This document shows positions 43,662 to 52,871 of a stretch of DNA of 64,000 bases, piece after piece (the stretch's first letter is position 1; each line of letters begins with the position of its first letter). The position numbers and the translations under genes were made by a program. The stretch is from an uncultured delta proteobacterium (lineage in GTDB: Bacteria; Myxococcota_A; Polyangia; Polyangiales; JAFGIB01). Under the pieces are notes generated by a model, which made no database searches, was not told the DNA's origin, and saw nothing but the letters and a program-made list of their open reading frames with translations. Location of the stretch: positions 256,001 through 320,000 of the forward strand of contig CAVZVA010000009.1 in assembly GCA_963778655.1 (NCBI GenBank), written 5' to 3'.

Positions 43662-43743
43662 TGCCGAGGGCGGGAGTCGAACCCGCACGCCTTTTGGGCG
43701 AGCGATTTTAAGTCGCCTGCGTCTGCCGTTCCGCCACCTCGGC
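43662..43743 (-). tRNA. tRNA-Leu (anticodon TAA), CCA not encoded
   Basis: GCCGAGG acceptor stem, D arm, GGCGA-CTTAAAA-TCGCT anticodon arm, long variable arm, GGTTCGACT T loop. Confidence 0.95.
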
Positions 43744-43821
43744 GCGATCTGCAGCCCGACCGTGCCCGGCGGGCGCGACGTGCGCAAGCCCGTCGCGCGG
43801 CGATTGCCAGCGGGTGGCGCC

Positions 43822-44061
43822 TCAGGAGGCCGCGGCCACGCGCTGCTCGAGCGCCTCGTCGCCCAGCTCTCGGCGCGTCTCGGCGACCAGCTCCAGCAGC
43901 TCCCGCGCCTCGAGCAGGCCGGCGTCGCACAAGGCCCGCATGTAGCCGTCGGCGTACGCCTGTGCGCGGACCTTGCTCGCGTGCAGATCTCCGCGGTAGC
44001 GCGCCTCGATCGACGCGCTCAGCAACCTGCGGACCTCGGCCAGTAGCTGTTCGTAGCCCAT
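43822..44061 (-). CDS. Small hypothetical helical protein
   Basis: ATG with GGAGG RBS; 79 aa; 'AYADGYMRAL'. Confidence 0.7.
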   Translation of the reverse strand: MGYEQLLAEVRRLLSASIEARYRGDLHASKVRAQAYADGYMRALCDAGLLEARELLELVAETRRELGDEALEQRVAAAS

Positions 44062-44160
44062 CGCCCTGCCTCCACATTGGGCACGCTCGGGTGCCGTGTG
44101 TTCAGAGCGATGCACGCCGCGATCGCCACGGTCAAGAAAACGGCGCGCAAGCCGATCGGC

Positions 44161-45024
44161 TCAGCCGAGGTACTTGCCGATCAAGGGCGCGAGCGCGGCT
44201 CGGGTCGCGGCCGGGATGTGCTCGGGCGCGGTGAGGATCGCGTTTTGCAGCGCGCTGGCGGCCGGGCTCTGGCTCGCGTCGGGCAGTCGCGAGCACAGCG
44301 CGCCGATCACCTGGCGCGCCGTGCGCACGTTCTGCTGCAGCACGCGGATCACGGCCTCGACCGAGACCGGCTGCTCGTTCTGGTGCCAGCAGTCGTAGTC
44401 GGTGACCATCGCCAGCGAGGCATAGGGCAGCTCGGCTTCGCGCGCGAGCTTGGCCTCCGGCAGATTGGTCATGCCGACGACGGCAGCTCCCCAGCTCCGA
44501 TACAACTCCGACTCGGCGCGGGTCGAGAACTGCGGGCCGTCCATGCACACGTAGGTGCCGCCGACGTGCAGCGGCGCGCCGACCTGCTCGGCCGCGGCAT
44601 AGCACGCCTCCAGCAGCGCGCGGTCGACTGGATCGCCGAAGCCAACGTGGGCTACCAGCTCGTAATCGTCGAAGAAGGTGCTGCGGCGCCCGCGCGTGCG
44701 GTCGATGTACTGGTCGACCAGCACGAACTCACCAGGGTGAATGCTGTCTTTGAGCGAGCCGACCGCCGACACGCTCAGCACCTGCTGTGCGCCGAGCTGC
44801 TTGAGCGCGAACAGGTTGGCGCGATAGTTGATGCGGTGCGGGGCGTAGCGGTGGCCGCGGCCGTGGCGCGGCAGAAACAGCAGAGTGGTCTGGCCGAGGC
44901 GGCCGCGCACGATCGCGTCCGAGGGGTCTCCGAACGGTGTGCTGAGGCGAATCTCCTCGATCGAGCTCAGCCCTTCGAGCTCGTAGAGGCCGCTGCCGCC
45001 GATGATTCCGAGGCACTGTTGCAT
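44161..45024 (-). CDS. mtnP: S-methyl-5'-thioadenosine phosphorylase
   Basis: 'GIIGGSGLY', 'PRHGRGH', 'GPQFSTRAES', 'VTDYDCW'. Confidence 0.95.
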   Translation of the reverse strand: MQQCLGIIGGSGLYELEGLSSIEEIRLSTPFGDPSDAIVRGRLGQTTLLFLPRHGRGHRYAPHRINYRANLFALKQLGAQQVLSVSAVGSLKDSIHPGEFVLVDQYIDRTRGRRSTFFDDYELVAHVGFGDPVDRALLEACYAAAEQVGAPLHVGGTYVCMDGPQFSTRAESELYRSWGAAVVGMTNLPEAKLAREAELPYASLAMVTDYDCWHQNEQPVSVEAVIRVLQQNVRTARQVIGALCSRLPDASQSPAASALQNAILTAPEHIPAATRAALAPLIGKYLG

Positions 45025-45074
45025 GGGCGAGCTCGCGCGGGCCAAGCCGTATCACGACTCCGCCGCGATCGCCA

Positions 45075-46556
45075 TCAGCTGCCTCCGTCGGCGTCGCTCG
45101 CGGGCGCCAGCGCGCTTCCCGCCGGCACGCGGATGCGCAGGGTGCGCTGCACCAGGATCAGCCCGTCGCCCTCGATCTGCACCACCGCGCGAAAGGTCTG
45201 GTCGACGTCGGTCGCCGCGATGTGCCGGTTCTGCAAAACCACGTCGAAGGCCAGTGCGGCGCGCGAGGGCACCTGCACGAAGCTGTCCGGCTCGCCGTCG
45301 GGCGCGTCCGCCGGCAGCAGGTCGGCGATCATGGGCGCGTCGGCAGTCGCGTCCTGAGCCAGCTGCAGCGGCTCGACTCTGCGCACGAAGCCGAGCGGAT
45401 CGTCGTCGGCGTAGCCGCTCACGCTCTCGAAGCGAATGCCGTCGACCAGACCGACGATCGCGTCGACCAGCGTGGTGGAGAGGCCGCCGCCCTGCGCGTC
45501 GACGTCGAACACTAGCGGGCACGCGTCGCCGCTGCTGGGCACCGGATCGCCCTGCAAGCCCGTCGGGCAGGTGCCTTCGGTGGGCGCGGCGCCGAGCGCG
45601 CCGGTCAGCAGCGCGACCTGCTCCAGGTCGGCCCGGGCCTTGGCGTGCATGGCGTCGTCGCACTCGCCGCGCGAGCTGGCAGCGTTGCACGCGCCGCTGA
45701 CGATGCCGACCAGCTTGGCGCCGAGCTCGTGCAGAGCCATGCCGGCCTGCGCCAGCGTGTGGGTGCCGGGAAAGACGTCGCCGTAGTCCTCCGGCTGGTG
45801 GCTCGGTGCGTCGGTGATGTGCAGCACGACGCGCAGCGCGCCGGCTCGAAACCCAACCCCGCCCGCGCTCCCGCCGCCCGGCGCGGGGCGGCCGTCATAG
45901 GGTGCGATCAGAGTCTCGCCGTCCAACACGTAGCCCTTGCCGGTCGCGATTTGCCACAGCGCCTCGGCGCCGGCCTCGGGGGTGTCGCCACCTTCGCCGA
46001 GCGGCTGGTCCAGGCGCGCCACCGCGCTCTCGACCGCATCCTGATCGGAGGTGATCGGGCTGAGCAGCACGAAGGGTGTGTCGGCGGGTCTTCCGTTCGC
46101 GGTCGAGCCGGGCGAGCCGAACGGCGGCCGCGGAAAGTCCTCGAACTTGGCGACGCCGAAGCGCACGTCATCGACGCGGCTCTTGAGCTCGGGCACGACG
46201 CTGCTGGCGAGGTCTTGCTGGAGCTGGTCGATCTCCTGCCCGATGCTGGCCGTGGTGTCGACCGAGAAACACACGTCGAGCACCCCAGGGTCGGCCGTGA
46301 GCGTGATGCGCCGGCGCTGCTCCGGGCCGCCGAACGGCAGCACGACCTCCTCGTCGGCGGCCGGCAGGATGGCGCCGCCGTCGGGGCGCGGTGAGCGCTC
46401 GCTCGCGCTCCCCGTTTGCGATCCGCCGTCACCCCGCTTGCGCGCCGGCCCCGCGCTGATGCCGGGCGGGCCCGGGGCGCGGTGGCTGCAGCTCACGCCC
46501 GCGCTCAGTAGGCCGAGCGACAGCAGCGCGGCGCTCGGGCACCTTCGTGCGTTCAT
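45075..46556 (-). CDS. VWA-domain lipoprotein (integrin-beta I-like pattern)
   Basis: Lipobox AGVSC; MIDAS-like DTTAS; 'GGDTPEAG.EAL.Q', 'GFR...VLHITDA'. Confidence 0.75.
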   Translation of the reverse strand: MNARRCPSAALLSLGLLSAGVSCSHRAPGPPGISAGPARKRGDGGSQTGSASERSPRPDGGAILPAADEEVVLPFGGPEQRRRITLTADPGVLDVCFSVDTTASIGQEIDQLQQDLASSVVPELKSRVDDVRFGVAKFEDFPRPPFGSPGSTANGRPADTPFVLLSPITSDQDAVESAVARLDQPLGEGGDTPEAGAEALWQIATGKGYVLDGETLIAPYDGRPAPGGGSAGGVGFRAGALRVVLHITDAPSHQPEDYGDVFPGTHTLAQAGMALHELGAKLVGIVSGACNAASSRGECDDAMHAKARADLEQVALLTGALGAAPTEGTCPTGLQGDPVPSSGDACPLVFDVDAQGGGLSTTLVDAIVGLVDGIRFESVSGYADDDPLGFVRRVEPLQLAQDATADAPMIADLLPADAPDGEPDSFVQVPSRAALAFDVVLQNRHIAATDVDQTFRAVVQIEGDGLILVQRTLRIRVPAGSALAPASDADGGS

Positions 46557-46738
46557 GCGCTCAGGCTTGCTCGGCCGGAGCCGCCGAGCAACCGCCGGGC
46601 GAGCTCGCGATCTGGGCGTCCGGTGCCGGCGTCGCCGCGAATCGGTCGCGATCCGCGCGCTCGGGGTATCGAGATCGGCTCTGGCTCCCCGGCAGTCGGT
46701 GAACGTGCAAGTCGCACAGGGTGGTCAGAGGTCGCCAT

Positions 46739-46766
46739 TTGACAGCTCGGGGGCTACGCGTAGCAT
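46739..46766 (+). promoter_or_regulatory. Sigma70 promoter
   Basis: TTGACA-16nt-TAGCAT. Confidence 0.6.
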
Positions 46767-46823
46767 GCGAATTCAGCAGGTTGCGCCCCTCGGCTGGTGC
46801 TCCCACGCACCAGCGTGGCCGAC

Positions 46824-48488
46824 ATGATCAAGCTCGTCATCTCTGACAACGAAGGCACGACGACGGTTGTTCCTCTCGTTCGCGACGAGGTTTCAATCGG
46901 CCGCAAGGAAGGCAACACGATCCGACTGACCGAGCGCAATATCTCGCGCGAGCACTGCCAGCTCCAGCGCCACAACGGCAGCTTTCTGGTGCGCGATCTC
47001 CGCTCCTACAACGGCGTGCTGCTCAATGGGCAACGCGTGGTGGGTCAATCGGAGCTCAAGCCCGGCGACGAGCTGCGCATCGGAGACTACACGCTGCTGC
47101 TGGAGGCCGAGGCGCGCCAGGCGGTCGACGCGACCGAGACCGAGCCCACGCGCGTGACGCCCGTCCCGCGCACGCCGCCTCGCCTGGTGGTGCTGAACGC
47201 GCCGCTGGCCGGCGCCGAGTTCTCGCTGCCCGAGCACGGTGAGCTGCGCATCGGCCGCGCGCCCGATCTGGACATCGCGCTTGACCACCGCTCGGTGTCG
47301 CGCGAGCACGCGCGGATCGTGTGCGCGCCCGGACAGGTTCGCATCATCGACAGCGGCAGCATCAACGGCATCGTCGTCAACCGCCAGAAGCAGAGCGAGG
47401 CGCAGCTTTCGCCCGGCGACGTGATCGAGCTCGGCGACGTGCTGCTGCGCTTCGTCGGACCCGGCGAGCAGTACGTGTTCGATCCGGGCGAGGTGCGCAC
47501 GCTGCTGGCGCCGCGGGGCAAGGGCCTGCCCAAGCAATCGTTGCTCGCGGCCGCGGTGATCTCGGTCGCGGCGCTGTTGGCGCTGCTGATCGTGCGCTCG
47601 GGGTCGAAGCCGAGCGCAGCGCCGCCAGCCAGCCAGGCCCCGCCGGCTGCCACGGCGGCTGCCCCGGTGCCGGTGGCGGCGCCCGCGCCTGCCCCGCAGC
47701 CCACTCCCGCCGATCAGTTTGCCGAGCTGCTCTCGTCCTGCCAGCAAGCCAACGAGGGCGGCCGCTACGCCGAGGCCGTCGCGCACGCCAACGCCGCCCT
47801 GAAGGTGCGCCCCGATGCGGCCGAGGCCCTGGCCTGTCGCGACACCGCGCGCGTCAATAACGAGCAGGAGCAGATCTACGTGCGGGCCAAGGCGGCGCTG
47901 GAGGCCGGCGACGCCGAAGGCGCGTGGAAGGAGCTGTCGAGCTTGAGCGCGGGCAGCGCCGTGGCTGCGCGACCCGAGGTGGTCGCCGCGCTCACCGATG
48001 CGGCGCGCTCGCGGCTGGCTGCGGCCCAGAGCGGGCTGCGCAAGCACCCCGAGCAGGCTGCAGAGCTCGCGGGCGGAGTGCTCGCGGTGGAGCTGGTGCC
48101 GGCGGACATGCGCGCTCAGGCGCGCGCGATCGTAGACCGCGCGACCTCGGCGCGGGCGCCCAAGCTGGTCAAGGCCGAGCTCAAGCCGCGCAGCGCACCG
48201 GCGGCCGAGCCGCGGCCCAAGCCGGCCCCGGCGCCGCACCCCGCGAGCGGCGGCTCGCCGATTGCCGCCGCGAGCGCGTGTCTGGCGCGCGGTGACAACG
48301 CCTGCGTGATCCGCGCGCTCAACGGCAAGGCGCAGACCGCGCAGGAGCTCGGCTTGCTGATCGAGACCTACCGCGCGGTCGGCGAGTCCGCGCAGGCGTA
48401 CCGCAACATGGCGGTCTACGTGCAGCGCTTTCCGACTGCGCGCCGTGCCGAGGTCTATCGCGAAATGCTCGAACGGCAGGGACACTGA
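46824..48488 (+). CDS. Tandem-FHA membrane protein with periplasmic TPR-like region
   Basis: Two FHA motifs (IGR...SREH...SxNG), one TM helix, Pro/Ala linker, helical repeats. Confidence 0.88.
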   Translation: MIKLVISDNEGTTTVVPLVRDEVSIGRKEGNTIRLTERNISREHCQLQRHNGSFLVRDLRSYNGVLLNGQRVVGQSELKPGDELRIGDYTLLLEAEARQAVDATETEPTRVTPVPRTPPRLVVLNAPLAGAEFSLPEHGELRIGRAPDLDIALDHRSVSREHARIVCAPGQVRIIDSGSINGIVVNRQKQSEAQLSPGDVIELGDVLLRFVGPGEQYVFDPGEVRTLLAPRGKGLPKQSLLAAAVISVAALLALLIVRSGSKPSAAPPASQAPPAATAAAPVPVAAPAPAPQPTPADQFAELLSSCQQANEGGRYAEAVAHANAALKVRPDAAEALACRDTARVNNEQEQIYVRAKAALEAGDAEGAWKELSSLSAGSAVAARPEVVAALTDAARSRLAAAQSGLRKHPEQAAELAGGVLAVELVPADMRAQARAIVDRATSARAPKLVKAELKPRSAPAAEPRPKPAPAPHPASGGSPIAAASACLARGDNACVIRALNGKAQTAQELGLLIETYRAVGESAQAYRNMAVYVQRFPTARRAEVYREMLERQGH

Positions 48489-48625
48489 TGCACGAACGCT
48501 ACACGGCGCGTGGTGCTAGCCCCGTCCTCGGGTGCGAAACGTTTGACACTGCAAACGCCCGCGTGATAGGCCCGCAGCCGCGCGGGGGTTCTCTCCTGCG
48601 ACGACTACAGGCCTGGGTCCGGAAC

Positions 48626-50686
48626 ATGTCTTGGCAACGCGCGGCCCTCGTCGGACTGGCACTCGCGGTCCTGGTGGGAGGCCTGGCAGGGCCGGCGGCC
48701 GCGCAGAGCGCCCAGCTCGTCGGCGGCGGCATGGATGCGCATCTGTTTCGCCCCGCCGTCGATTCCAAGGGCTACATCAGCACCAACGGCACCAACATTC
48801 TCGGCGCCGGCGACTACAGCTTCGGGCTGGTCCTCGACATGGGCTTTGGCATCATGCCCGTGCACGGCTTCGCCTACGACAAGGGCGCGCCCGTCACCTT
48901 CAACACGCAGGGCCAGGGCACGGGCGGTTTCGATACCACCACCCACCTGATAAACCAGGCGATCACCGGCACGCTGCACTTCAACTACGGCATCGCGAAC
49001 AAGGGCGTGGTCGGCGTGCAGGTGCCGATCATGGTGATCGGCGGGCCGAGCCAGATCATTCCGGGCGTCTACAACGACAACGGCGCGCCGACGGGCCTCG
49101 ATACCCAGGGCTTCGGCAACATCACGCTGCACGGCAAGCTGCGGCTAGTGCGCTACGAGGAGAGCAAGATCGGCCTGGCCGCGATCCTCCACCTCGAGCT
49201 GCCGACCGGCAACAGTAAGCAGTTCCGCGGCGAGCCCGGTTTCGCCGCCTGGCCCGTGCTGGCGATGGACTGGGTGCCGGTGCCCGCGTTCCGCTTGGGC
49301 GTCAACCTCGGCTACCGCTTCAACTCCGGCAAGGGGGCGACGCTGCCCTACGACGGCCGCGTGCGGCCGATCAGCGACGTGAACAACGCGCCGGCGCAGC
49401 TGCTGTTTCCGGACGTGTGCGAGGGTGGCGGCAACGTCACCAACGCGACTTGCCCGGGCGCGGTGCAGGGCGGCACGCCGGTCAAGTACGACGACATGAT
49501 CACCGGCGGCGTGGCCGCCGCGCTGCGCTTCGCCAAGTCGGCCGAGTTGGTCGCGGACGCCTACGGCGGCCAGATCGCGAGCGCGATCGGTGACAAGGGC
49601 TCGCTCGGGCTGGAGGCGATCGGTGGCCTCAAGATCTACGTCGAAGAGAACAGCTACCTGGTGCTCGCGGGCGGCGTGGGGCCGGTGCAGAGCATCAATT
49701 CCGCGGACGTGCGTGCGGTGCTCGGCTTCATCTTCGAGCCGTCGATCGGCGACCGCGACGGCGACGGCTACAAGGACGATGTCGATCAGTGTCCCGACCA
49801 GCCCGAGGACTTCGACCATTTCCAGGATGAGGACGGCTGTCCCGATCCCGACAACGATCGCGACGGCATCCTCGACGTCGACGACGAGTGCCCGCTGGTG
49901 CCCGAGGACCACGACGGCGACGCCGACGAGGACGGCTGTCCCGAGGGTACGATCGGCGACCGTGACGGCGACGGCATTCTCGACAACGTCGACAAGTGCC
50001 CCGACGACCCGGAGGACCGCGACGGCTTCCAGGACGAGGACGGCTGCCCTGATCCCGACAACGACAACGACGGAATCCTCGACGTCAACGACCTGTGTCC
50101 CAACGATCCCGAGGACAAGGACAATTTCGAGGACACCGACGGTTGCCCCGATCCGGACAACGACAAGGATCGCATTCCCGACGTCAACGACGCCTGCCCC
50201 AACGACCCCGAGACCTACAACGGCTTCCAGGATGAGGACGGCTGCCCCGACCGCGGCAACGTGATCATCGAGGAAAACGAGATCATCATCCTCGAGAAGA
50301 TCTACTTTGCGACCGACAGCGCCGAGATCCTGCCGCGGTCGTTTCCAATCGTCGACGCGGTGGCCGCGACCTTGATCGGCAACCCCCAGATCACCCTGGT
50401 CGAGGTGCAGGGCCATGCCGACGAGCGCGGCTCCGACGAGTACAATATCAAGCTGACCGCGGACCGCGCGGCGTCCGTGGTGCAAGCGCTGGGCCAGCGC
50501 GGGGTCGACCTCAAACGTCTGCGCAGCGCCGGCTACGGCGAGCGCTGTCCGGTCGATCCCCGCCACAATCCGGAGGCCTGGGACAAGAATCGGCGCGTCG
50601 AGTTCAAGATCATCCGCACCGACAGCGGGCCGACCGGGGTCGAGGTGGCTTGCCCGGCGGGGCAGGACTTGGTACCCAAGGACTGA
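48626..50686 (+). CDS. OmpA-family protein: beta-barrel, thrombospondin type-3 repeats, OmpA C-domain (TraB-like architecture)
   Basis: Signal peptide; repeated 'DxDxDGIxDxxDxCPxxPED'; 'GHADERGS..YN..L..DRA', 'NRRVEF'. Confidence 0.88.
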   Translation: MSWQRAALVGLALAVLVGGLAGPAAAQSAQLVGGGMDAHLFRPAVDSKGYISTNGTNILGAGDYSFGLVLDMGFGIMPVHGFAYDKGAPVTFNTQGQGTGGFDTTTHLINQAITGTLHFNYGIANKGVVGVQVPIMVIGGPSQIIPGVYNDNGAPTGLDTQGFGNITLHGKLRLVRYEESKIGLAAILHLELPTGNSKQFRGEPGFAAWPVLAMDWVPVPAFRLGVNLGYRFNSGKGATLPYDGRVRPISDVNNAPAQLLFPDVCEGGGNVTNATCPGAVQGGTPVKYDDMITGGVAAALRFAKSAELVADAYGGQIASAIGDKGSLGLEAIGGLKIYVEENSYLVLAGGVGPVQSINSADVRAVLGFIFEPSIGDRDGDGYKDDVDQCPDQPEDFDHFQDEDGCPDPDNDRDGILDVDDECPLVPEDHDGDADEDGCPEGTIGDRDGDGILDNVDKCPDDPEDRDGFQDEDGCPDPDNDNDGILDVNDLCPNDPEDKDNFEDTDGCPDPDNDKDRIPDVNDACPNDPETYNGFQDEDGCPDRGNVIIEENEIIILEKIYFATDSAEILPRSFPIVDAVAATLIGNPQITLVEVQGHADERGSDEYNIKLTADRAASVVQALGQRGVDLKRLRSAGYGERCPVDPRHNPEAWDKNRRVEFKIIRTDSGPTGVEVACPAGQDLVPKD

Positions 50687-50768
50687 TCCCGAGCGGTTGC
50701 TCGGGGACCTCCGGTGGCTTTACTTACGAACTCATCGTTTTTTGCGCACGCGATTCGGCGGGCCTGAG

Positions 50769-51326
50769 ATGTCCCGGGAACAATTCGTCAGTTTCGTACG
50801 GGGGGCGATCCTGTCGTTGCCCCAACACCTCAAGGGCGCGTTGCGGTTGGTGGACGACCCGAACATCCCGGACGAGGGGAGGGTGGTGGCGGCCGGGGCG
50901 GTGATGCACTGGCTCAGCGGCTCCAACACCATCCCGGGCGTGCGGGGAGGGCTGCTCTCCTACGTCGACGACGTGCTGGTGCTGCGCCTGGCGTACGCGC
51001 GCATCGAGAGCATCGCGCCCGAGGCGATGGCGCGTCATCGCGCAGATTCGCCCGAGCTGTTCGGCGGCTTGACCGAAGAAGTCGCGCTGCTGCGAAGCTA
51101 TTTGGGCGAGGGCGTGGCCGTGCTCGACAAGGCGGTGGAGCGGCTGGCGCAGACCAAGCACCACGGGCGCACGGCGGCGCAGTGCGTGGCCGACCAGGAG
51201 GCCGGCACCATGCTCTACGACGAGGTGCAGTCGGCGCTGGTGGACCTCGACATCGAGGACGAAGCCATCGGCCGGGCGCTCAAGCAGCTCGATCCGGTGC
51301 TGGACGGCCTGCGCCAACGCGGCTGA
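50769..51326 (+). CDS. YkvA/DUF1232-like protein
   Basis: 'IPGVRGGLLSYVDDVLVL' resembles the DUF1232 motif. Confidence 0.55.
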   Translation: MSREQFVSFVRGAILSLPQHLKGALRLVDDPNIPDEGRVVAAGAVMHWLSGSNTIPGVRGGLLSYVDDVLVLRLAYARIESIAPEAMARHRADSPELFGGLTEEVALLRSYLGEGVAVLDKAVERLAQTKHHGRTAAQCVADQEAGTMLYDEVQSALVDLDIEDEAIGRALKQLDPVLDGLRQRG

Positions 51327-52596
51327 CGCGGTCGCCGGCCATCTGCAGCCTTGTGCCGGTGAGCCACAACGGCGTCACCAGGATCAGGGTTTCAAGCCAC
51401 AACCCCGGCCGCACGCCGAGGGCGATGCGCAGCGCGGCCAGGGCGTATGCGCTGCACAGCAGGCCCAATCCGAGCGGTCCGGTGGCGTCCAGCCAGCCGT
51501 CGGTGGCGAACAACTGCGCGCAGCGCGCCGCCAGGCGGGGTCGCGGCGCGGGTGAGGCCGGGGCTGGCACCGGCGCGCCCGTGCGGGCCTGCGGGGCGCG
51601 CGAAGGGCGAGCCGCGAAGCCGCGCTCCAGCCCCAGCGTGATCAGCAGCGCGAAAAGGCCGAGCCCCAGCCCCGGGCGCGGCTCGTAGACGAGCGCGGCG
51701 GCTGTGGCCAGCGCCAGGCTGCACGCGCCGCGCGTGCGCGCGGAAAGCGGCACGAGCGGCCGCGGGCGCACGCCGTGTCGGCGACTGGCCGCGCGTACCG
51801 CGCGGCGCTTGAGCCACAGCAGGCCGAGCAGCAACGCGCTGGCTGCCAGCGTTGGGCGCAGGTGCTGTCCAGGCGGCGCGTGCGGCGTCACCGGCGCAGC
51901 CACGGCCGCGCCGGCCGGCAGCTCGAGCTCGAAGCCGAAGGCGACCGTACGGGGCAGCGGCGAGCGCTGCAGGTGGAACAAGGTGCGACCGTCCCGCTCG
52001 ACCCGCTGGCGCTGCACCGCGGCGTCGGCATCGCTTTCCGAGGCCGCGAGCCGGGCTCCGGCCGGAGCGTCGAGCCAGATGTCGGCCGTCTGCAGGTCCG
52101 CCTCCCATGCGGGCAGCGACCAGCCGATCGCGAGCTTTCCCGCAGCGTCCGGCTCGAGCTCGCCCAGGCTGGTGGTGTAGAACAGCGCGAGCCGGTGCGC
52201 TCCGCGTCGCGGCGCCGCGTGCCGGTCGGGAAACGAGAAGACGGCGCGGCCGCGCGCGTCGACGTGGACCTCGGGCGCGAAGCTGCGCCCGTCGTCGGAC
52301 ACGATCGACGCCGGCCGGCTCGGGTCGAGCTCGAGGCCGCTGCCGAGCCCGGTGAGCTCGAAGCGCGAGAGCCAGCCGCCGTGCACCCGCAGCGTCAGCG
52401 CGAGCGCGACCCGTGCGCGCGCAGCGCCCTCGAGCGTGACGTGCGCCTCCGCGCTCTCGACCGAGGCGCGGGTCCAGGCGTGTGCCGTGGCGCCGGAGCC
52501 GGTCAGCCAGGCCGCGAGCGCCAGCGCGCCAGCGCGTCGGGCGAGCCGCGCCCGCGCCTGTCCCGGGGCGGGCCGCCGCGCGAGTGGCCGTGGCAT
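51280..52596 (-). CDS. Hypothetical membrane protein with exported N-terminal domain
   Basis: Signal peptide (AHA), beta-rich domain, several C-terminal TMs. Confidence 0.65.
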   Translation of the reverse strand: MPRPLARRPAPGQARARLARRAGALALAAWLTGSGATAHAWTRASVESAEAHVTLEGAARARVALALTLRVHGGWLSRFELTGLGSGLELDPSRPASIVSDDGRSFAPEVHVDARGRAVFSFPDRHAAPRRGAHRLALFYTTSLGELEPDAAGKLAIGWSLPAWEADLQTADIWLDAPAGARLAASESDADAAVQRQRVERDGRTLFHLQRSPLPRTVAFGFELELPAGAAVAAPVTPHAPPGQHLRPTLAASALLLGLLWLKRRAVRAASRRHGVRPRPLVPLSARTRGACSLALATAAALVYEPRPGLGLGLFALLITLGLERGFAARPSRAPQARTGAPVPAPASPAPRPRLAARCAQLFATDGWLDATGPLGLGLLCSAYALAALRIALGVRPGLWLETLILVTPLWLTGTRLQMAGDRVSRVGAGRPAPDRAA

Positions 52597-52678
52597 ATCC
52601 GCACGCTAGCAGGCCACGCCCGCGCCCGAGAAATTCCAGGTCGTGCTCTCGTTATCGGGAGGGGCACGCGCCCTCCGG

Positions 52679-52871
52679 CTAAATCAGAGCTCGCGATTCG
52701 GGATCGAATCACAAACCGCTGATTTCTGCTTTGATTGTCAGGGAGTCGCGCCGACTCCCTGTGCGCGAGCCAAAGCCTCGCGCATTCACCCTCTCGCGGT
52801 GGTGCGGCATCGGCCGCACCGCTAAATGACCGTTCGGCATGACCGTTCCCCAATCGTGATCGGTCATTTAG
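52679..52871. mobile_element. 193-bp MITE-like element (family A), copy 1
   Basis: CTA-AATCA...TCATT-TAG ends; about 92% identical to 61847-62039 by manual alignment. Confidence 0.8.

Noticed and set aside
43600..43760. tRNA-Leu as an integration site
   Set aside because: I found no duplicated tRNA 3' end and no integrase nearby.
42641..44077. Long repetitive ORFs across the tandem array
   Set aside because: The unit length is a multiple of 3 with no stops, so frames are open by default; they overlap panD and the tRNA.
49750..50255. DNA-level repeats inside the OmpA gene
   Set aside because: Explained by thrombospondin type-3 protein repeats.
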